DNA from: an uncultured Haloferula sp.
GTDB taxonomy: Bacteria; Verrucomicrobiota; Verrucomicrobiia; Verrucomicrobiales; Akkermansiaceae
Length of the DNA stretch: 64,000 bases
Assembly (NCBI GenBank): GCA_965652295.1
Contig: CBFGTS010000003.1
Coordinates: 250,232 to 314,231, forward strand
Direction of reading: 5' to 3'
In this document: in pieces, positions 1 through 13,070 of the stretch
Layout: every line of letters begins with the position of its first letter
Numbering within the stretch: position 1 is the first letter of the stretch
Program-made: the position numbers and the translations under genes
The notes under the pieces: model-generated
Told to the model about the DNA's origin: nothing
The model's input: only the letters and a program-made list of their open reading frames with translations
The model's database searches: none

Positions 1-3146
<3,146 letters not shown>

Positions 3147-3152
3147 CGGGGC

Positions 3153-4226
3153 TCAATCGGTGATCCCCGCCCTCAGGTCGAGGTAGCGGCGCACGGCGGC
3201 AATCCGGTTCTCGACTCCGAGCCGCTGGAACACCGCCTCGAGGTGTTTCTCCACCGTTCGTGGGCTGATGTTCAGGATGATCGCCACTTCGGCACTGGTC
3301 TTGCCCTCGGCGATCCATCCCATGATCTCCTTCTGTCGCCGGGTCAGGACCGCGTTCAGCGCATCCTCCCCTCTCATCGCACTGGCGTCGAAATGCAGAA
3401 GGATGATCTCCCCGTCCGGACGCGGCAGGGCCATGAAGCTCACCGGACCCTGATCGCCGAACGGAATCTCCACGCTCCGGAACTCCGCCGTAACCGGATC
3501 GATCCAAGCCAGTGCGAGCTGCGTTTGAAGTTCGGCCAGGACCGTCCGATCGATTTTCCCAAACGCCTGGTCGTCCCCCCACCATGCCTCGGCGCGGCGG
3601 ATGCCCTCGAAGTTGATGGGCAGCGTATCGCCATTGGAATGGACGAGAAACACGGCCGCATGGGCCGAGGGAGGCGATCCGAGGTAGAGCTTGCGGAACT
3701 GCCGCTCGACATTTCCGGCAGCCAGACGCTCGGCCATGATTCTGGCGGTGAGAAGCATCATGTCGAACAAGCGGCGATCGCTGTCGGCAAAGGCACCTTC
3801 TTTGCGCGGGATCAGCCAAAGCGTTCTGGTCCGCCCGTTCGCACAGAGCCGTCCACCGAGGAAATCGCTGCACGCATCCGTCAGAGGGAGCAGGTTCTTG
3901 AGTTCCCGCCAGGCCTTGCCTCCCGCTTTGAGCCCCACCCCCAGCTGGTCGGGGTTTTCGGAATCCATCTCCCGCATCACCGCGGCCAACACCCCCTGGG
4001 AGGCTTCGGCCCGGCCGAGCGGGCGGGCGAGCTCCTCACCCTCGCGGCCGCGGCCGATGCTCAGGACATTTCCAGCGGGCGACACCGACAGCACCCATCC
4101 TTCTTCCTCGACTCCGGCAAGCTCGGGAAACCGCTGGCAGAGAAGGCCGACCATGGATCGGAAATCGGAGCAGCGCTGGAGGTCCAGCGCTAGCTGGATG
4201 AAGCGATCGTCAGGTTGGGAGGGCAT
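3153..4226 (-). CDS. LuxR-family HTH transcriptional regulator with N-terminal sensory-like region
   Basis: C-terminal LTRRQKEIMGWIAEGKTSAEVAIILNISPRTVEKHLEAVFQRLGVENR is a LuxR HTH; start placed at MPSQPDD. Confidence 0.85.
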   Translation of the reverse strand: MPSQPDDRFIQLALDLQRCSDFRSMVGLLCQRFPELAGVEEEGWVLSVSPAGNVLSIGRGREGEELARPLGRAEASQGVLAAVMREMDSENPDQLGVGLKAGGKAWRELKNLLPLTDACSDFLGGRLCANGRTRTLWLIPRKEGAFADSDRRLFDMMLLTARIMAERLAAGNVERQFRKLYLGSPPSAHAAVFLVHSNGDTLPINFEGIRRAEAWWGDDQAFGKIDRTVLAELQTQLALAWIDPVTAEFRSVEIPFGDQGPVSFMALPRPDGEIILLHFDASAMRGEDALNAVLTRRQKEIMGWIAEGKTSAEVAIILNISPRTVEKHLEAVFQRLGVENRIAAVRRYLDLRAGITD

Positions 4227-4381
4227 GGGTGAGGGGAGGTGTCTATCGTAATCGCGCCGCGAAATCGTTACGTAGCTCCACGTGATTTCGTCGTCGTTAC
4301 TGTTTCGCCGTGAGGAAGTCCGGCAGATAGGGGCCGCCAACTACGATGCCAACCGTAATCGGCCGCCATGGGGGCGGCGGC

Positions 4382-6052
4382 CTAACGCTTGCGCCGCAGG
4401 AACGCGGGCACGTCCAGATCCTCGCCATCGATGAGGCTGGGATCCGCACCCTCGAAACGTCCCTTCGGGCCGGAGTCGAACGTGAGTTCGCCCTGCCCCC
4501 CGGATTTCGCGGGACGGGACGGCTCCTCCTCGCTCAGGACCGGCGGGTCGCTCTTGGGTTCCGTGGCTGCCTCTGATTCGACCGCTTCGGGCTTTTCCCC
4601 CGGCGTTTCGTCTGGTGATGGCGGCGAAGGCTCGGCGAAGGGCACCTCCATTTCGGGCTCGGAATTCTTCGGCACAAACGGCCGCTTGCCCTTCGCTGAA
4701 ATCCAGGACGGCACGGCAGGCACCTCGTCCTCGAAGTTGGGCAGATCTTCGATCTCGTCTTCAGGTTCCGGAGCGACGGCTGTGAGATCGGGTTCAAAAG
4801 GCGACAACGGTTTGGCTTCGCCAGCCGCGGTGGGAGGTGCCTCATCCGGCTCCGGGGCCGACGGCTTCTCCTCCTCGACGACCTGTTCCTTCTCCTCTTC
4901 CGCCGCCCAGGGTTCGGGTTCCGGATCCTTGATGTCTTCGGCCATCTGCTGCGGTTCGGCGGGCTCATCGAACGGGTTCTTCACGGCGGCCATGGGAGCC
5001 GTGGCGGCGGCAAAGCCCATGCTCGGCTCCAGGGCCGGGGAGCTGCGACGGTACTCCTCGTCGGGCATCGTGCGGCGGAGGCGCTCCTCCGGCAGCGAGC
5101 TGACCAAGGTGATGCTGAGCTGATCGGTCATGCTGGGGTCCACGGCGGCTCCGAAGAGAACCTGCGCCTTCTCCGGCACGTGCTTGCCGAGGCTTTCCAT
5201 CAGCAGCTCGATCTCGAACAGCGTGAGGTCTTCGCCACCGCAGAGGTGGACGAGCACGGTCTGGGCGTCCTTGAGCAGCGCTCCCTGGTCGAGCAGCGGG
5301 CTGCCGAGCGCGTTGCGCAGCGCCTTTTGCGCACGGTCCTTGCCCCGGGCGATGCCGGAGCCGAAAAGGCAGCGCGAGCGGGTGGTGCGCAGCGCGCTCA
5401 TCAGGTCGTCGAGCCCGACGTTGATCAGGCCGGGGCGGACGACCAGCCGGATGACGGCCTTGATGCTCTCCGAGATCATGCGGTCGGCCGCGGCGAAGGC
5501 CTCGTGAATCCCCTGCTTCGCCAGCACCAGCTCACCCATGCGGCTGTTGTCGAAGGTCACCAGCGCGTTCGAAAGGACGGCCAACTCATTGAGCGCGGTT
5601 TCCGCCTGCTCGCGGCGGCGTCGACCCTCGAATCCGAAGGGCATGGTGGCGAACATCACGACGAAGGCACCTTCTTCGCGGGCGATGCGTGCGACGATCG
5701 GTGCCGCACCGGAGCCGGTGCCGCCACCGAGGCCGACGCAGACGAAAACGATCTTCCGTCCCTTGAATGCGGCGCGGACTTCGTCCTCCGCCTCCAGCAC
5801 GGCCTGGTTGCCCAGCTCGGGATCTCCCCCGGTGCCCAGGCCCTTGGTCAGGTTCCGGCCGAGCTGCACCCGCTCCTTGGCGACAGAGGCCGAGAGGGTA
5901 CGGATGTCCGTGTTCAGCGCGAGCAATTCGGCCCCGTCCAGACCGTCGAGCGCCACGCGGTCGAGCATGTTGGTGCCGGCACCGCCCAATCCGACGATTT
6001 TCACCGACGACGTGGGAATGACGTTTTGGGGATCTCTGGGGAATTCAATCAT
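4382..6052 (-). CDS. ftsZ: Cell division protein FtsZ (divergent, long acidic linker)
   Basis: GLGGGTGSG tubulin motif, NTD, PFGFEGRRR, C-terminal core peptide DLDVPAFLRR; lies downstream of ftsA. Confidence 0.95.
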   Translation of the reverse strand: MIEFPRDPQNVIPTSSVKIVGLGGAGTNMLDRVALDGLDGAELLALNTDIRTLSASVAKERVQLGRNLTKGLGTGGDPELGNQAVLEAEDEVRAAFKGRKIVFVCVGLGGGTGSGAAPIVARIAREEGAFVVMFATMPFGFEGRRRREQAETALNELAVLSNALVTFDNSRMGELVLAKQGIHEAFAAADRMISESIKAVIRLVVRPGLINVGLDDLMSALRTTRSRCLFGSGIARGKDRAQKALRNALGSPLLDQGALLKDAQTVLVHLCGGEDLTLFEIELLMESLGKHVPEKAQVLFGAAVDPSMTDQLSITLVSSLPEERLRRTMPDEEYRRSSPALEPSMGFAAATAPMAAVKNPFDEPAEPQQMAEDIKDPEPEPWAAEEEKEQVVEEEKPSAPEPDEAPPTAAGEAKPLSPFEPDLTAVAPEPEDEIEDLPNFEDEVPAVPSWISAKGKRPFVPKNSEPEMEVPFAEPSPPSPDETPGEKPEAVESEAATEPKSDPPVLSEEEPSRPAKSGGQGELTFDSGPKGRFEGADPSLIDGEDLDVPAFLRRKR

Positions 6053-6068
6053 GGCAAGGGTGACAAGT

Positions 6069-7268
6069 TTATCGGGAAAACGGCCAGAGGCGGCCGAGGA
6101 AGCCGCGCTTGGGTGCCCGGTCGGTCTCCACGACCTGGGCGTAGCGGATGAGTCCCAGCGCCGTTGTGAACTGGGGATCCTTGAAGCTCGCTTGCACGCC
6201 GCTCAGCTCGGGCGGCTCGGGGCGATAGATGTCCTTCTGGAAAACATCGTTGGCCAGCTCGCCGAAGCCGCGCATGAGGCTGGTGCCGCCGGCGAGGAAA
6301 ACCCCCATCCCGACCCGTTCCATCGCGCCCTCGGGCAGACGTTTCACCAGCAGCCGCAGGGTTTCCTCCATGCGGTGGCGGATGATGTCGTTGAGCAATT
6401 GCCGTTTCACCTCGGCTTCGGCGAAACCCTTCTCGTCGGTCACCTTCACCGTGCCCACGCCGCGCGCCGGGTCACCCGCGGCGTCGCCCTCGCGGACCTT
6501 GAGCTGCTCGGCTTTGGAAAAAGGAAGTCCGGTGACGAGGTGGATGTCGTTCGTGATGTGATCACCGCCCACCGGAATGCAGCCGGAGGCTTCGATCAAT
6601 CCATCGGTGTAGAGAGCGTAATCGGTGGTGCCGCCGCCGATGTCGACCACCAGTGCTCCACGCTCGCGGGCCTCGCGGTTGAGCGCCACCTGGGCGGCGG
6701 CGATCGGGGAAAACACCAGCTCATCGACATCCAGCGGCATCTCCCGCACGCACTTGATCTGGTTCTCGATCCGCGAGCGGATGCCGTGGACGACGTGGAA
6801 ATCAGCCTCGACCGTGCGCCCCGTCAACCCCACCGGGCTGGTGGCGTGGTGGTAGCCATCGACCCCGAACCTGCGGACGATGTGGTGCAGGTAGACGTGA
6901 TCCGACGGGATGGTGACCGAGCGGGCGATCTCCTTCGCCTCGCGGACGTGCTCGGCCTCAATCGTGTCCTCCCTTTCCGGCAGGCGGAAGCTGCCCTGGT
7001 GGTTCACTCCCTGGATGTGCGAGCCGGTCACGGCGAGAAACACGCTGCCGATCTCCACGTCGCTCGCATCCTCCGCCTTGACCAGCGCGTCCTTCACACA
7101 GGCACGGACCTGCGGAAAATCGTAGATCTCCCCCTTGCGGACACCGACTGATTTCGACTGGCCGACACCGAGGATCTTGACCGAGCCATCCGCCTTCACC
7201 TCGCCGACGACCATGCAGATCTTGCTGGTGCCGATCTCGAGTCCCACGTGGATTTTGCTGCGTGCCAT
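6069..7268 (-). CDS. ftsA: Cell division protein FtsA
   Basis: VGLEIGTSKI, VDIGGGTTD, GGDHITNDI, amphipathic C-terminus GFLGRLWPF; position between ftsQ and ftsZ. Confidence 0.96.
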   Translation of the reverse strand: MARSKIHVGLEIGTSKICMVVGEVKADGSVKILGVGQSKSVGVRKGEIYDFPQVRACVKDALVKAEDASDVEIGSVFLAVTGSHIQGVNHQGSFRLPEREDTIEAEHVREAKEIARSVTIPSDHVYLHHIVRRFGVDGYHHATSPVGLTGRTVEADFHVVHGIRSRIENQIKCVREMPLDVDELVFSPIAAAQVALNREARERGALVVDIGGGTTDYALYTDGLIEASGCIPVGGDHITNDIHLVTGLPFSKAEQLKVREGDAAGDPARGVGTVKVTDEKGFAEAEVKRQLLNDIIRHRMEETLRLLVKRLPEGAMERVGMGVFLAGGTSLMRGFGELANDVFQKDIYRPEPPELSGVQASFKDPQFTTALGLIRYAQVVETDRAPKRGFLGRLWPFSR

Positions 7269-7291
7269 GATTTCCTGCTGCCGGTGTTTTC

Positions 7292-8269
7292 CTATCGTTC
7301 CAGGAGTTTCTGCAAATCCGAAACCGGAGCCTTCCCCGCGTTTTCCTCCGCCGGTTCGGACGCGGCCGGTTCGGCGGGTTCGGGCGCGGGCTCGCCTTGA
7401 TACGTCACCGGCAGATTGCGTTGCCCGACGAGCTTGATCGTCGCGATCTTCCGGCCTTTCTCCGCGGCGTGCTCGCAGGCGGTGAGGAAGTCGCTCATCT
7501 GCCGCTCCAGCTCGCCATGGCCGAAGGTGGCCACGGTGCCCTCGCGCGTGACGAGCTGGGCACCCCAATCCTTGTATTGGCGGATCGTGTCCACCCAGCG
7601 ATCCGCCTCGGGGCTGGAATTCCTGGCCTGGGCGAGCAGACGCATGCCGCGGAGGAAACTCTCGTGGACGACCTTCAAGCCACCCTCAAGGGGCAATTCT
7701 TCCGGCTCAAGCTCGATCACCGGAAGCTGCACGGCCGTTTCCCACATCGCCGCCGTGCAGGGAAAAAGCATGCCGTGTTTGTCGACCAACAGACCGGTGG
7801 CGGGATCGCGCGGCTGCACGCCCTGCTGAGGAGAAGCCACCCACACCATCGGCTGCCGCGCCACCACGTGAATCGCCAGGCTACCCGGGAAATCCCGCGT
7901 CACCCGGGCCGACTGGACCTCGGGAAGCGACACGATCTTCTCCCGGATCCCTGCCGGATCGCAGTCGAACAGGCTGCCGTTCAAATCGATGCCCGTCACC
8001 TTGAGGAGCCGTTCTTCGCTCAGCGCGGGATTGTCGTTCATCGTCAGCTCCCGGATCTGGAACTCCGCGTTTTCCAGCAGCCCCTTCTGAAACCCGAGCC
8101 ACAACCCCCACCCCGCGGCCAAGGCAAGGGCGGCGAGCAGCACCCACCGCAACCCCGCTACCAAAAGACGGCGGAAATCGAACCATAAGATCCTCGGCGA
8201 CATCACGTTCGCACGCAGCACCAGCACCTGATGGCGTTTGCGGACTTTCGATGTGCGGCGTTTGAACAT
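7292..8269 (-). CDS. ftsQ: FtsQ/DivIB POTRA-domain protein
   Basis: Basic N-terminus, single TM, LPEVQSARVTRDFPGSLAIHV POTRA-like segment; between ddl and ftsA. Confidence 0.85.
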   Translation of the reverse strand: MFKRRTSKVRKRHQVLVLRANVMSPRILWFDFRRLLVAGLRWVLLAALALAAGWGLWLGFQKGLLENAEFQIRELTMNDNPALSEERLLKVTGIDLNGSLFDCDPAGIREKIVSLPEVQSARVTRDFPGSLAIHVVARQPMVWVASPQQGVQPRDPATGLLVDKHGMLFPCTAAMWETAVQLPVIELEPEELPLEGGLKVVHESFLRGMRLLAQARNSSPEADRWVDTIRQYKDWGAQLVTREGTVATFGHGELERQMSDFLTACEHAAEKGRKIATIKLVGQRNLPVTYQGEPAPEPAEPAASEPAEENAGKAPVSDLQKLLER

Positions 8270-8281
8270 GGGTTGGGAAAT

Positions 8282-9220
8282 CTAACGGCTGCCGAGTTCG
8301 ATGCTCATCCGGCCGATTCTCACGCAGAGGTCGGCGAAGTCGATGCCGGCGGCGGCGGCGGACTTCGGCAGCAGGCTTGTCTCGGTCATGCCCGGGATGG
8401 TGTTGGCTTCGAGGACGAAAGGGTTTCCCGCGCCGTCCAGCAACACATCGACCCGCGAATAGATCTCGATGCCCAGGGCGCGGTGCGCGGCCAGCGCGGC
8501 TTCCTGCACGCGCCGGGTGGTGGCGTCGTCCAGCTCCGCCGGGCAGAAATACCGGCTGCCTTGAGCCCCGCTGAGCCACGGATACTTGTTGGCCATGTCG
8601 TAAACGCCGCCGGGCGCGACGATCTCGACGATCGGCAGCGCGGTGTCTCCGAGAATCCCGACGGTCAACTCCCGGCCGGAAACGAACTGTTCGATCAAGG
8701 CGGTCTCGCCGTATTGCGCGACGTCTTCGAGCGCGGCGCGGGCTTCGTCCTCGGTTTTCACGATGTAGACGCCCACGCTCGATCCCTGGCATGGCGACTT
8801 CACCACGTAGGGCAAGGGCAGCGACGGACGCTCACCCGCTTTGAGATCGATCGTCTCGGAAGCCGGCGTCGGCACCCCCGCGGCCACGAAGCATTCCTTC
8901 GCCAGGTGTTTGTCGAAGGCGATGCGGCTGCTTTCCCGGCCGGCACCGGTGTACGACACGGACCGTAGTTCGAGTTCTTCCTGCAGCGTACCGTCCTCGC
9001 CGAAGGTTCCGTGGATCACGTTGAACGCGAGCGCGCAGCCGGGCGGCAGCTCGAATCCGGGACCCTTCACATCGACCTCCACGACCTCGACGCCTCCCTC
9101 GCGCAGTGCGGCGGCCACGGCGCGACCGGAGGCCAGCGAGACGTCTCTTTCGGAGCCCGGGCCTCCCATCAGCACGGCCACGATGCCGCCGAGGGTGGAA
9201 TTGGATGTATGGTCGCTCAT
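8282..9220 (-). CDS. ddl: D-alanine--D-alanine ligase
   Basis: GGPGSERDVSLASG, HGTFGEDG, GSSVG, LEANTIPGMTETSLLP. Confidence 0.96.
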   Translation of the reverse strand: MSDHTSNSTLGGIVAVLMGGPGSERDVSLASGRAVAAALREGGVEVVEVDVKGPGFELPPGCALAFNVIHGTFGEDGTLQEELELRSVSYTGAGRESSRIAFDKHLAKECFVAAGVPTPASETIDLKAGERPSLPLPYVVKSPCQGSSVGVYIVKTEDEARAALEDVAQYGETALIEQFVSGRELTVGILGDTALPIVEIVAPGGVYDMANKYPWLSGAQGSRYFCPAELDDATTRRVQEAALAAHRALGIEIYSRVDVLLDGAGNPFVLEANTIPGMTETSLLPKSAAAAGIDFADLCVRIGRMSIELGSR

Positions 9221-9225
9221 TGCCT

Positions 9226-11526
9226 CTAGAATGTGAATTCGTCTTCGCCGATCACCTTGACCTCGGTCTCCAGCTCGATGCCGCGTTTGTCGAGAGCGGT
9301 CCGCCGGATCCGTTCGATCAAGGCCAGCACCTCGCCGGCGGTCGCGCCGCCGCGGTTCACGATGAAATTTCCATGCTCCAGGGCCACCTCGGCCTTCCCC
9401 TCCCCGCTGCCCTTGCACCCCAGCTGGTCGACCAGCATCCCGGCCGGAACCTGCTCCGGGTTCTTGAAAATGCAGCCCGCGCTGGCGGCCACCGGCTGGG
9501 TCGCCCGGCGCTTCAAGCGCGATGCCTCCCAGCGGCTGTCGATGTTCTCCGCGCTGTCCTTTTCACCGGCAAAAACCGCCTGAAGCGCGAAGTGACGCCG
9601 CAACTCCGGCACATTGCGGTAGTGAACCTCGATCTCGCCGCGCTCGCGCGTGCGGATCTCGCCGTCCTCATCCAGGCAGGTCATCCGCACCACCTGATCG
9701 AAGGTCTCCACGCCCATCGCACCGGCGTTCATGCGCAGCGCGCCGCCGACATTGCCGGGGATGCCTTCCATCCATTCGAGGCCGCCGATGCCCGCCGCAC
9801 GAGCAACGCTGGCGAGCTTCTTGAAGCGCACGCCGACTCCCGCCACGATGTGACCGTCGTCATCCACGTAGCATTCGTCGAACTCCCCGCCCTTCGGGTG
9901 AATCACCGCGCCGCGGATGCCGCCATCCCGCACCAGCAGGTTCGAGCCGCGGCCGACCACGCGGATCGGCATCCCGCGCTCGCGGCAGTAGTTTACGACG
10001 CACGCAAAGGCGTCGAAGGTCCGTGGCTCCAGCCAGAATTGCGCCGGTCCACCGACCAGCATGGTGGTGTGGCGGCGCATCGGTTCGTAAAGCCGCGCCT
10101 CCACCTCGCCGCCGTGCAGACCGACGGCCATTTCCTCAAGGATCTTGAAGTCGCGGGCGATCGAGCGACCGGCCTCGTGGACATTTCCCGCACCCAGCGT
10201 GATGAGCAGATCGCCCGGTTCCAGGCGGTTCCCGACCCGGTGGTGGGCTGTCGATAGATCGGGCACGCTCTCCACCGCCCGGCCACCATGGCGCTTCACC
10301 GCCTCGACGATGGTTTCGCCGGACACCCCGGGGATCGGGGTTTCACTGGCCGGATAGACGTCGGTCACGAAAACCGCGTCCGCCTCGGCGAGCACTTTCC
10401 CGAAATCCTCCGCCAGCGCCTGCGTCCGCGTGTAGCGGTGCGGCTGGAAGAGCACCACGACCCGCTGCGGCTTGAGCTGGCGGGCGGTCTGGAGCGTCGC
10501 CGCGATCTCGGTGGGATGATGCCCGTAGTCATCGACGATCCTCAGAGCGCGCGAAAGATACTTCGTCTCGAAGCGCCGGCGTGCTCCGGCAAAGGTGTTC
10601 AGCGAGCGGGAGACCAGTTGGAAGTCCGCGCCCAGCCGGTCGCAGGTGGCGATCGCCGCCAGGGCGTTGAGCACGTTGTGACGGCCGGGAATCCCCAGCT
10701 CCACCTCGCCGAGCTTCGTGCCATCACGAACTACGGTGAACGCCGTGGTTCCACGCAGCTCGCGGATGTCGGTCGCCGTGTAGTCCGCATTTTCCCAACC
10801 GTAGCTGACCGCACGCTCGTGATCCGCGCAGACATCGGCGGCCCCCTCATCGGCGGCGCAGTAGACGACTGGCCCGGAGGTCTGGGAAATCAGCGTGCGG
10901 AAGACCTCCTTGATCTCGTCGAGGTTGCGGTAGTGATCGAGGTGCTCGGCCTCGATGTTGAGGACGATCGAGCACGCCGGCCGATAAAGCGCGAGCGTGC
11001 CGTCGCTTTCGTCGCCTTCCGCGACCATCCACTCGCCGTCCTCGCTCCAGCGCGCGTTCTGGCCGAGCACGGGGATTTCCGCGCCGACATAGTGGCTGGG
11101 GCTGAAGGCGGCCTCGCGCAAAGCGTGGGCGACCATTGAGGAAGTCGTCGTCTTGCCATGGGTGCCGCTGACGACGATGCCGCGGCGGGTGTGGAGGATG
11201 GCCCCGAGGCATTCGGCGCGGCGCATCATGCGGATGCCCTTGTCCCGCGCGGCGGCCAGCGCCGGGTTGTCCGGGCGGATCGCGGAGGAATACACCACCA
11301 CGTCCGCACCCTCGACCTCTTCCGGAGTGTGCGGCGTCGAGAAGCGCAGACCGAGACCCTGCATGCGCTCGGTTTCCGCCGAGGTCACACGGTCCGATCC
11401 GCTCACGCGGTGGCCCATGCCGATGAGCAGCAGCGCCAGGCCGCTCATGCCCGAGCCGGCCACTCCCACCAGGTGGATGCGGAGCGGCCGGGAAAGATCG
11501 GTGAGCCGTTGGGAAAACTCGTTCAT
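9226..11526 (-). CDS. murC: Fused UDP-N-acetylmuramate--L-alanine ligase (MurC) / UDP-N-acetylenolpyruvoylglucosamine reductase (MurB)
   Basis: N-terminal GVAGSGMSG, GTHGKTTT, EGDESDG, DDYGHHPTE, FQPHRYTRT (MurC); C-terminal VGGPA, GRGSNLL, GIPGNVGGALRMNAGA, SAGCIFKNP, LETEV (MurB). Confidence 0.95.
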   Translation of the reverse strand: MNEFSQRLTDLSRPLRIHLVGVAGSGMSGLALLLIGMGHRVSGSDRVTSAETERMQGLGLRFSTPHTPEEVEGADVVVYSSAIRPDNPALAAARDKGIRMMRRAECLGAILHTRRGIVVSGTHGKTTTSSMVAHALREAAFSPSHYVGAEIPVLGQNARWSEDGEWMVAEGDESDGTLALYRPACSIVLNIEAEHLDHYRNLDEIKEVFRTLISQTSGPVVYCAADEGAADVCADHERAVSYGWENADYTATDIRELRGTTAFTVVRDGTKLGEVELGIPGRHNVLNALAAIATCDRLGADFQLVSRSLNTFAGARRRFETKYLSRALRIVDDYGHHPTEIAATLQTARQLKPQRVVVLFQPHRYTRTQALAEDFGKVLAEADAVFVTDVYPASETPIPGVSGETIVEAVKRHGGRAVESVPDLSTAHHRVGNRLEPGDLLITLGAGNVHEAGRSIARDFKILEEMAVGLHGGEVEARLYEPMRRHTTMLVGGPAQFWLEPRTFDAFACVVNYCRERGMPIRVVGRGSNLLVRDGGIRGAVIHPKGGEFDECYVDDDGHIVAGVGVRFKKLASVARAAGIGGLEWMEGIPGNVGGALRMNAGAMGVETFDQVVRMTCLDEDGEIRTRERGEIEVHYRNVPELRRHFALQAVFAGEKDSAENIDSRWEASRLKRRATQPVAASAGCIFKNPEQVPAGMLVDQLGCKGSGEGKAEVALEHGNFIVNRGGATAGEVLALIERIRRTALDKRGIELETEVKVIGEDEFTF

Positions 11527-12632
11527 GCGGCCTTCCCTCCCTGTTCCACCACCTCGCGGATGGCGTCGCAAACCCGTGCCGCTGCATCCGGCACCGACAG
11601 TGATCTCGCGGCAGCCGACATGCGTGCCCGGCACTCCGGCTCGATCATTTCGGTCACGAGAGCCGCCAAAGTCCCGCCGTTTAAATCCGACTCCTGCCGT
11701 AGATAAGCCGCGCCGGCATCCTCGAAAACCCTGGCGTTCACCGTCTGGTGATCCTCCGCCGCATAGGGAAACGGCACCAGCAGCGAGGGCAATCCCAGGT
11801 CCGCCAGCTCCGTCAGGCTCGACGCTCCGGAGCGAGCCACCACGACATCCGCCACCGCATACGCCGAGGCCATGTCATCGCAAAATCCGAGCACCTGGTA
11901 GCCTTCGCGCCCTCCGGCTTCCGCCCGCACGCGGTCCTCATCGCCCGGCCCTGCGATGTGCAGCACCTGCAAACCGGCGGCGAGCGGAGCCGCGGCCACC
12001 AGTGAGTTGAGTTTCCGCGCCCCCTGGCTGCCGCCCATCACCAACAGCGTGTCGCGCGCGGGATCGAGCCCCCACTTCGCTGCGGCCTCCGCGCGGGAAG
12101 GCAGCTGGAGCAGCTCCTTGCGAACCGGCGTGCCGGTCACCACGCACGGCTTTCCGGGGAAATGCCGGCGAGCGGCTTCAAGCCCGAGGAACACCTCGTC
12201 GCACCAGCGGCTCGTGATCCGGTTGGCCTTTCCGGGCAGCGCGTTGGAATCGTGCACAAAGGCCGGAATGCCGGACCTCTTCGCCGCCACCACCGGCGGC
12301 AGTGAGGTGAAGCCTCCCATTCCCAGCACCGCGTCGGCACGGAAATCCGCCAACAACCGGCGACAGTGCCCAATGGTTTTCCATACGCTCAGCAGGAAGG
12401 GGATCATCTTCGGCGAAAACGTCGCAGGCTTCGGCAAGGCCGGGATCGTTTCAAAACGATAGGCATCGTACTTCCGCGAAGCCTCGCGGTCGATCTGCTT
12501 CTCGGAGACCAGCAGCAACGCCCGCCCGCCCGATGCCGCCCATGCCTCCGCCACGGCCAGCCCCGGGAACAGATGTCCCCCGGTGCCTCCGCAGGCGATC
12601 ACCAACCCCGGCTTCACGTCTTCTTTTCCCAT
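11523..12632 (-). CDS. murG: Undecaprenyl-PP-MurNAc-pentapeptide GlcNAc transferase
   Basis: GGTGGHLFPG, GMGGFTS, MGGSQGA, RSGASS, VPFPYAAEDHQ. Confidence 0.96.
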   Translation of the reverse strand: MGKEDVKPGLVIACGGTGGHLFPGLAVAEAWAASGGRALLLVSEKQIDREASRKYDAYRFETIPALPKPATFSPKMIPFLLSVWKTIGHCRRLLADFRADAVLGMGGFTSLPPVVAAKRSGIPAFVHDSNALPGKANRITSRWCDEVFLGLEAARRHFPGKPCVVTGTPVRKELLQLPSRAEAAAKWGLDPARDTLLVMGGSQGARKLNSLVAAAPLAAGLQVLHIAGPGDEDRVRAEAGGREGYQVLGFCDDMASAYAVADVVVARSGASSLTELADLGLPSLLVPFPYAAEDHQTVNARVFEDAGAAYLRQESDLNGGTLAALVTEMIEPECRARMSAAARSLSVPDAAARVCDAIREVVEQGGKAA

Positions 12633-12763
12633 GATCCCATCTTCCAGCGGCGGTGCAGCCGCCGTTCGTGCGAACGAAATATGCAATATTTCCTGATTAT
12701 CAGGCAATCCTCAAAACGGACCCGCGGCGAAATCCTCGGGCGTTTTCCCGTTTTCGCGGCGAC

Positions 12764-13051
12764 TCAAACACGCTTCGCCATTTTCTGGCGGAGGCGCGGA
12801 ATGAACTCCTCCTCCATCCACGCGAAGGCCGCGTCGAGACCTCCTTCGCGGTAGATTTCGCCGATCCGGGCCTCGACCTGCGTCGGCTGGCCGAACTGGC
12901 TGAGGAAACCGTTGGAAGTGAGGGCAGTGAACCACTCGCCATCCATCTTATGGCGCTCATTGAGCACCCAGGTGCGGGCGAAGAGCGCCAGCACGGCGTC
13001 TCCGATCCATGCGCTTTCCCGCTCCGCCTTGATTTTGTCGTCCTTTTTCAT
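12764..13051 (-). CDS. Minimal ribonuclease III-domain protein (Mini-III-like, 95 aa)
   Basis: AWIGDAVL resembles the RNase III signature; SN motif and TQVEARIG also present; no dsRBD. Confidence 0.65.
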   Translation of the reverse strand: MKKDDKIKAERESAWIGDAVLALFARTWVLNERHKMDGEWFTALTSNGFLSQFGQPTQVEARIGEIYREGGLDAAFAWMEEEFIPRLRQKMAKRV

Positions 13052-13070
13052 CGGCGCGCGGACGATGTAC

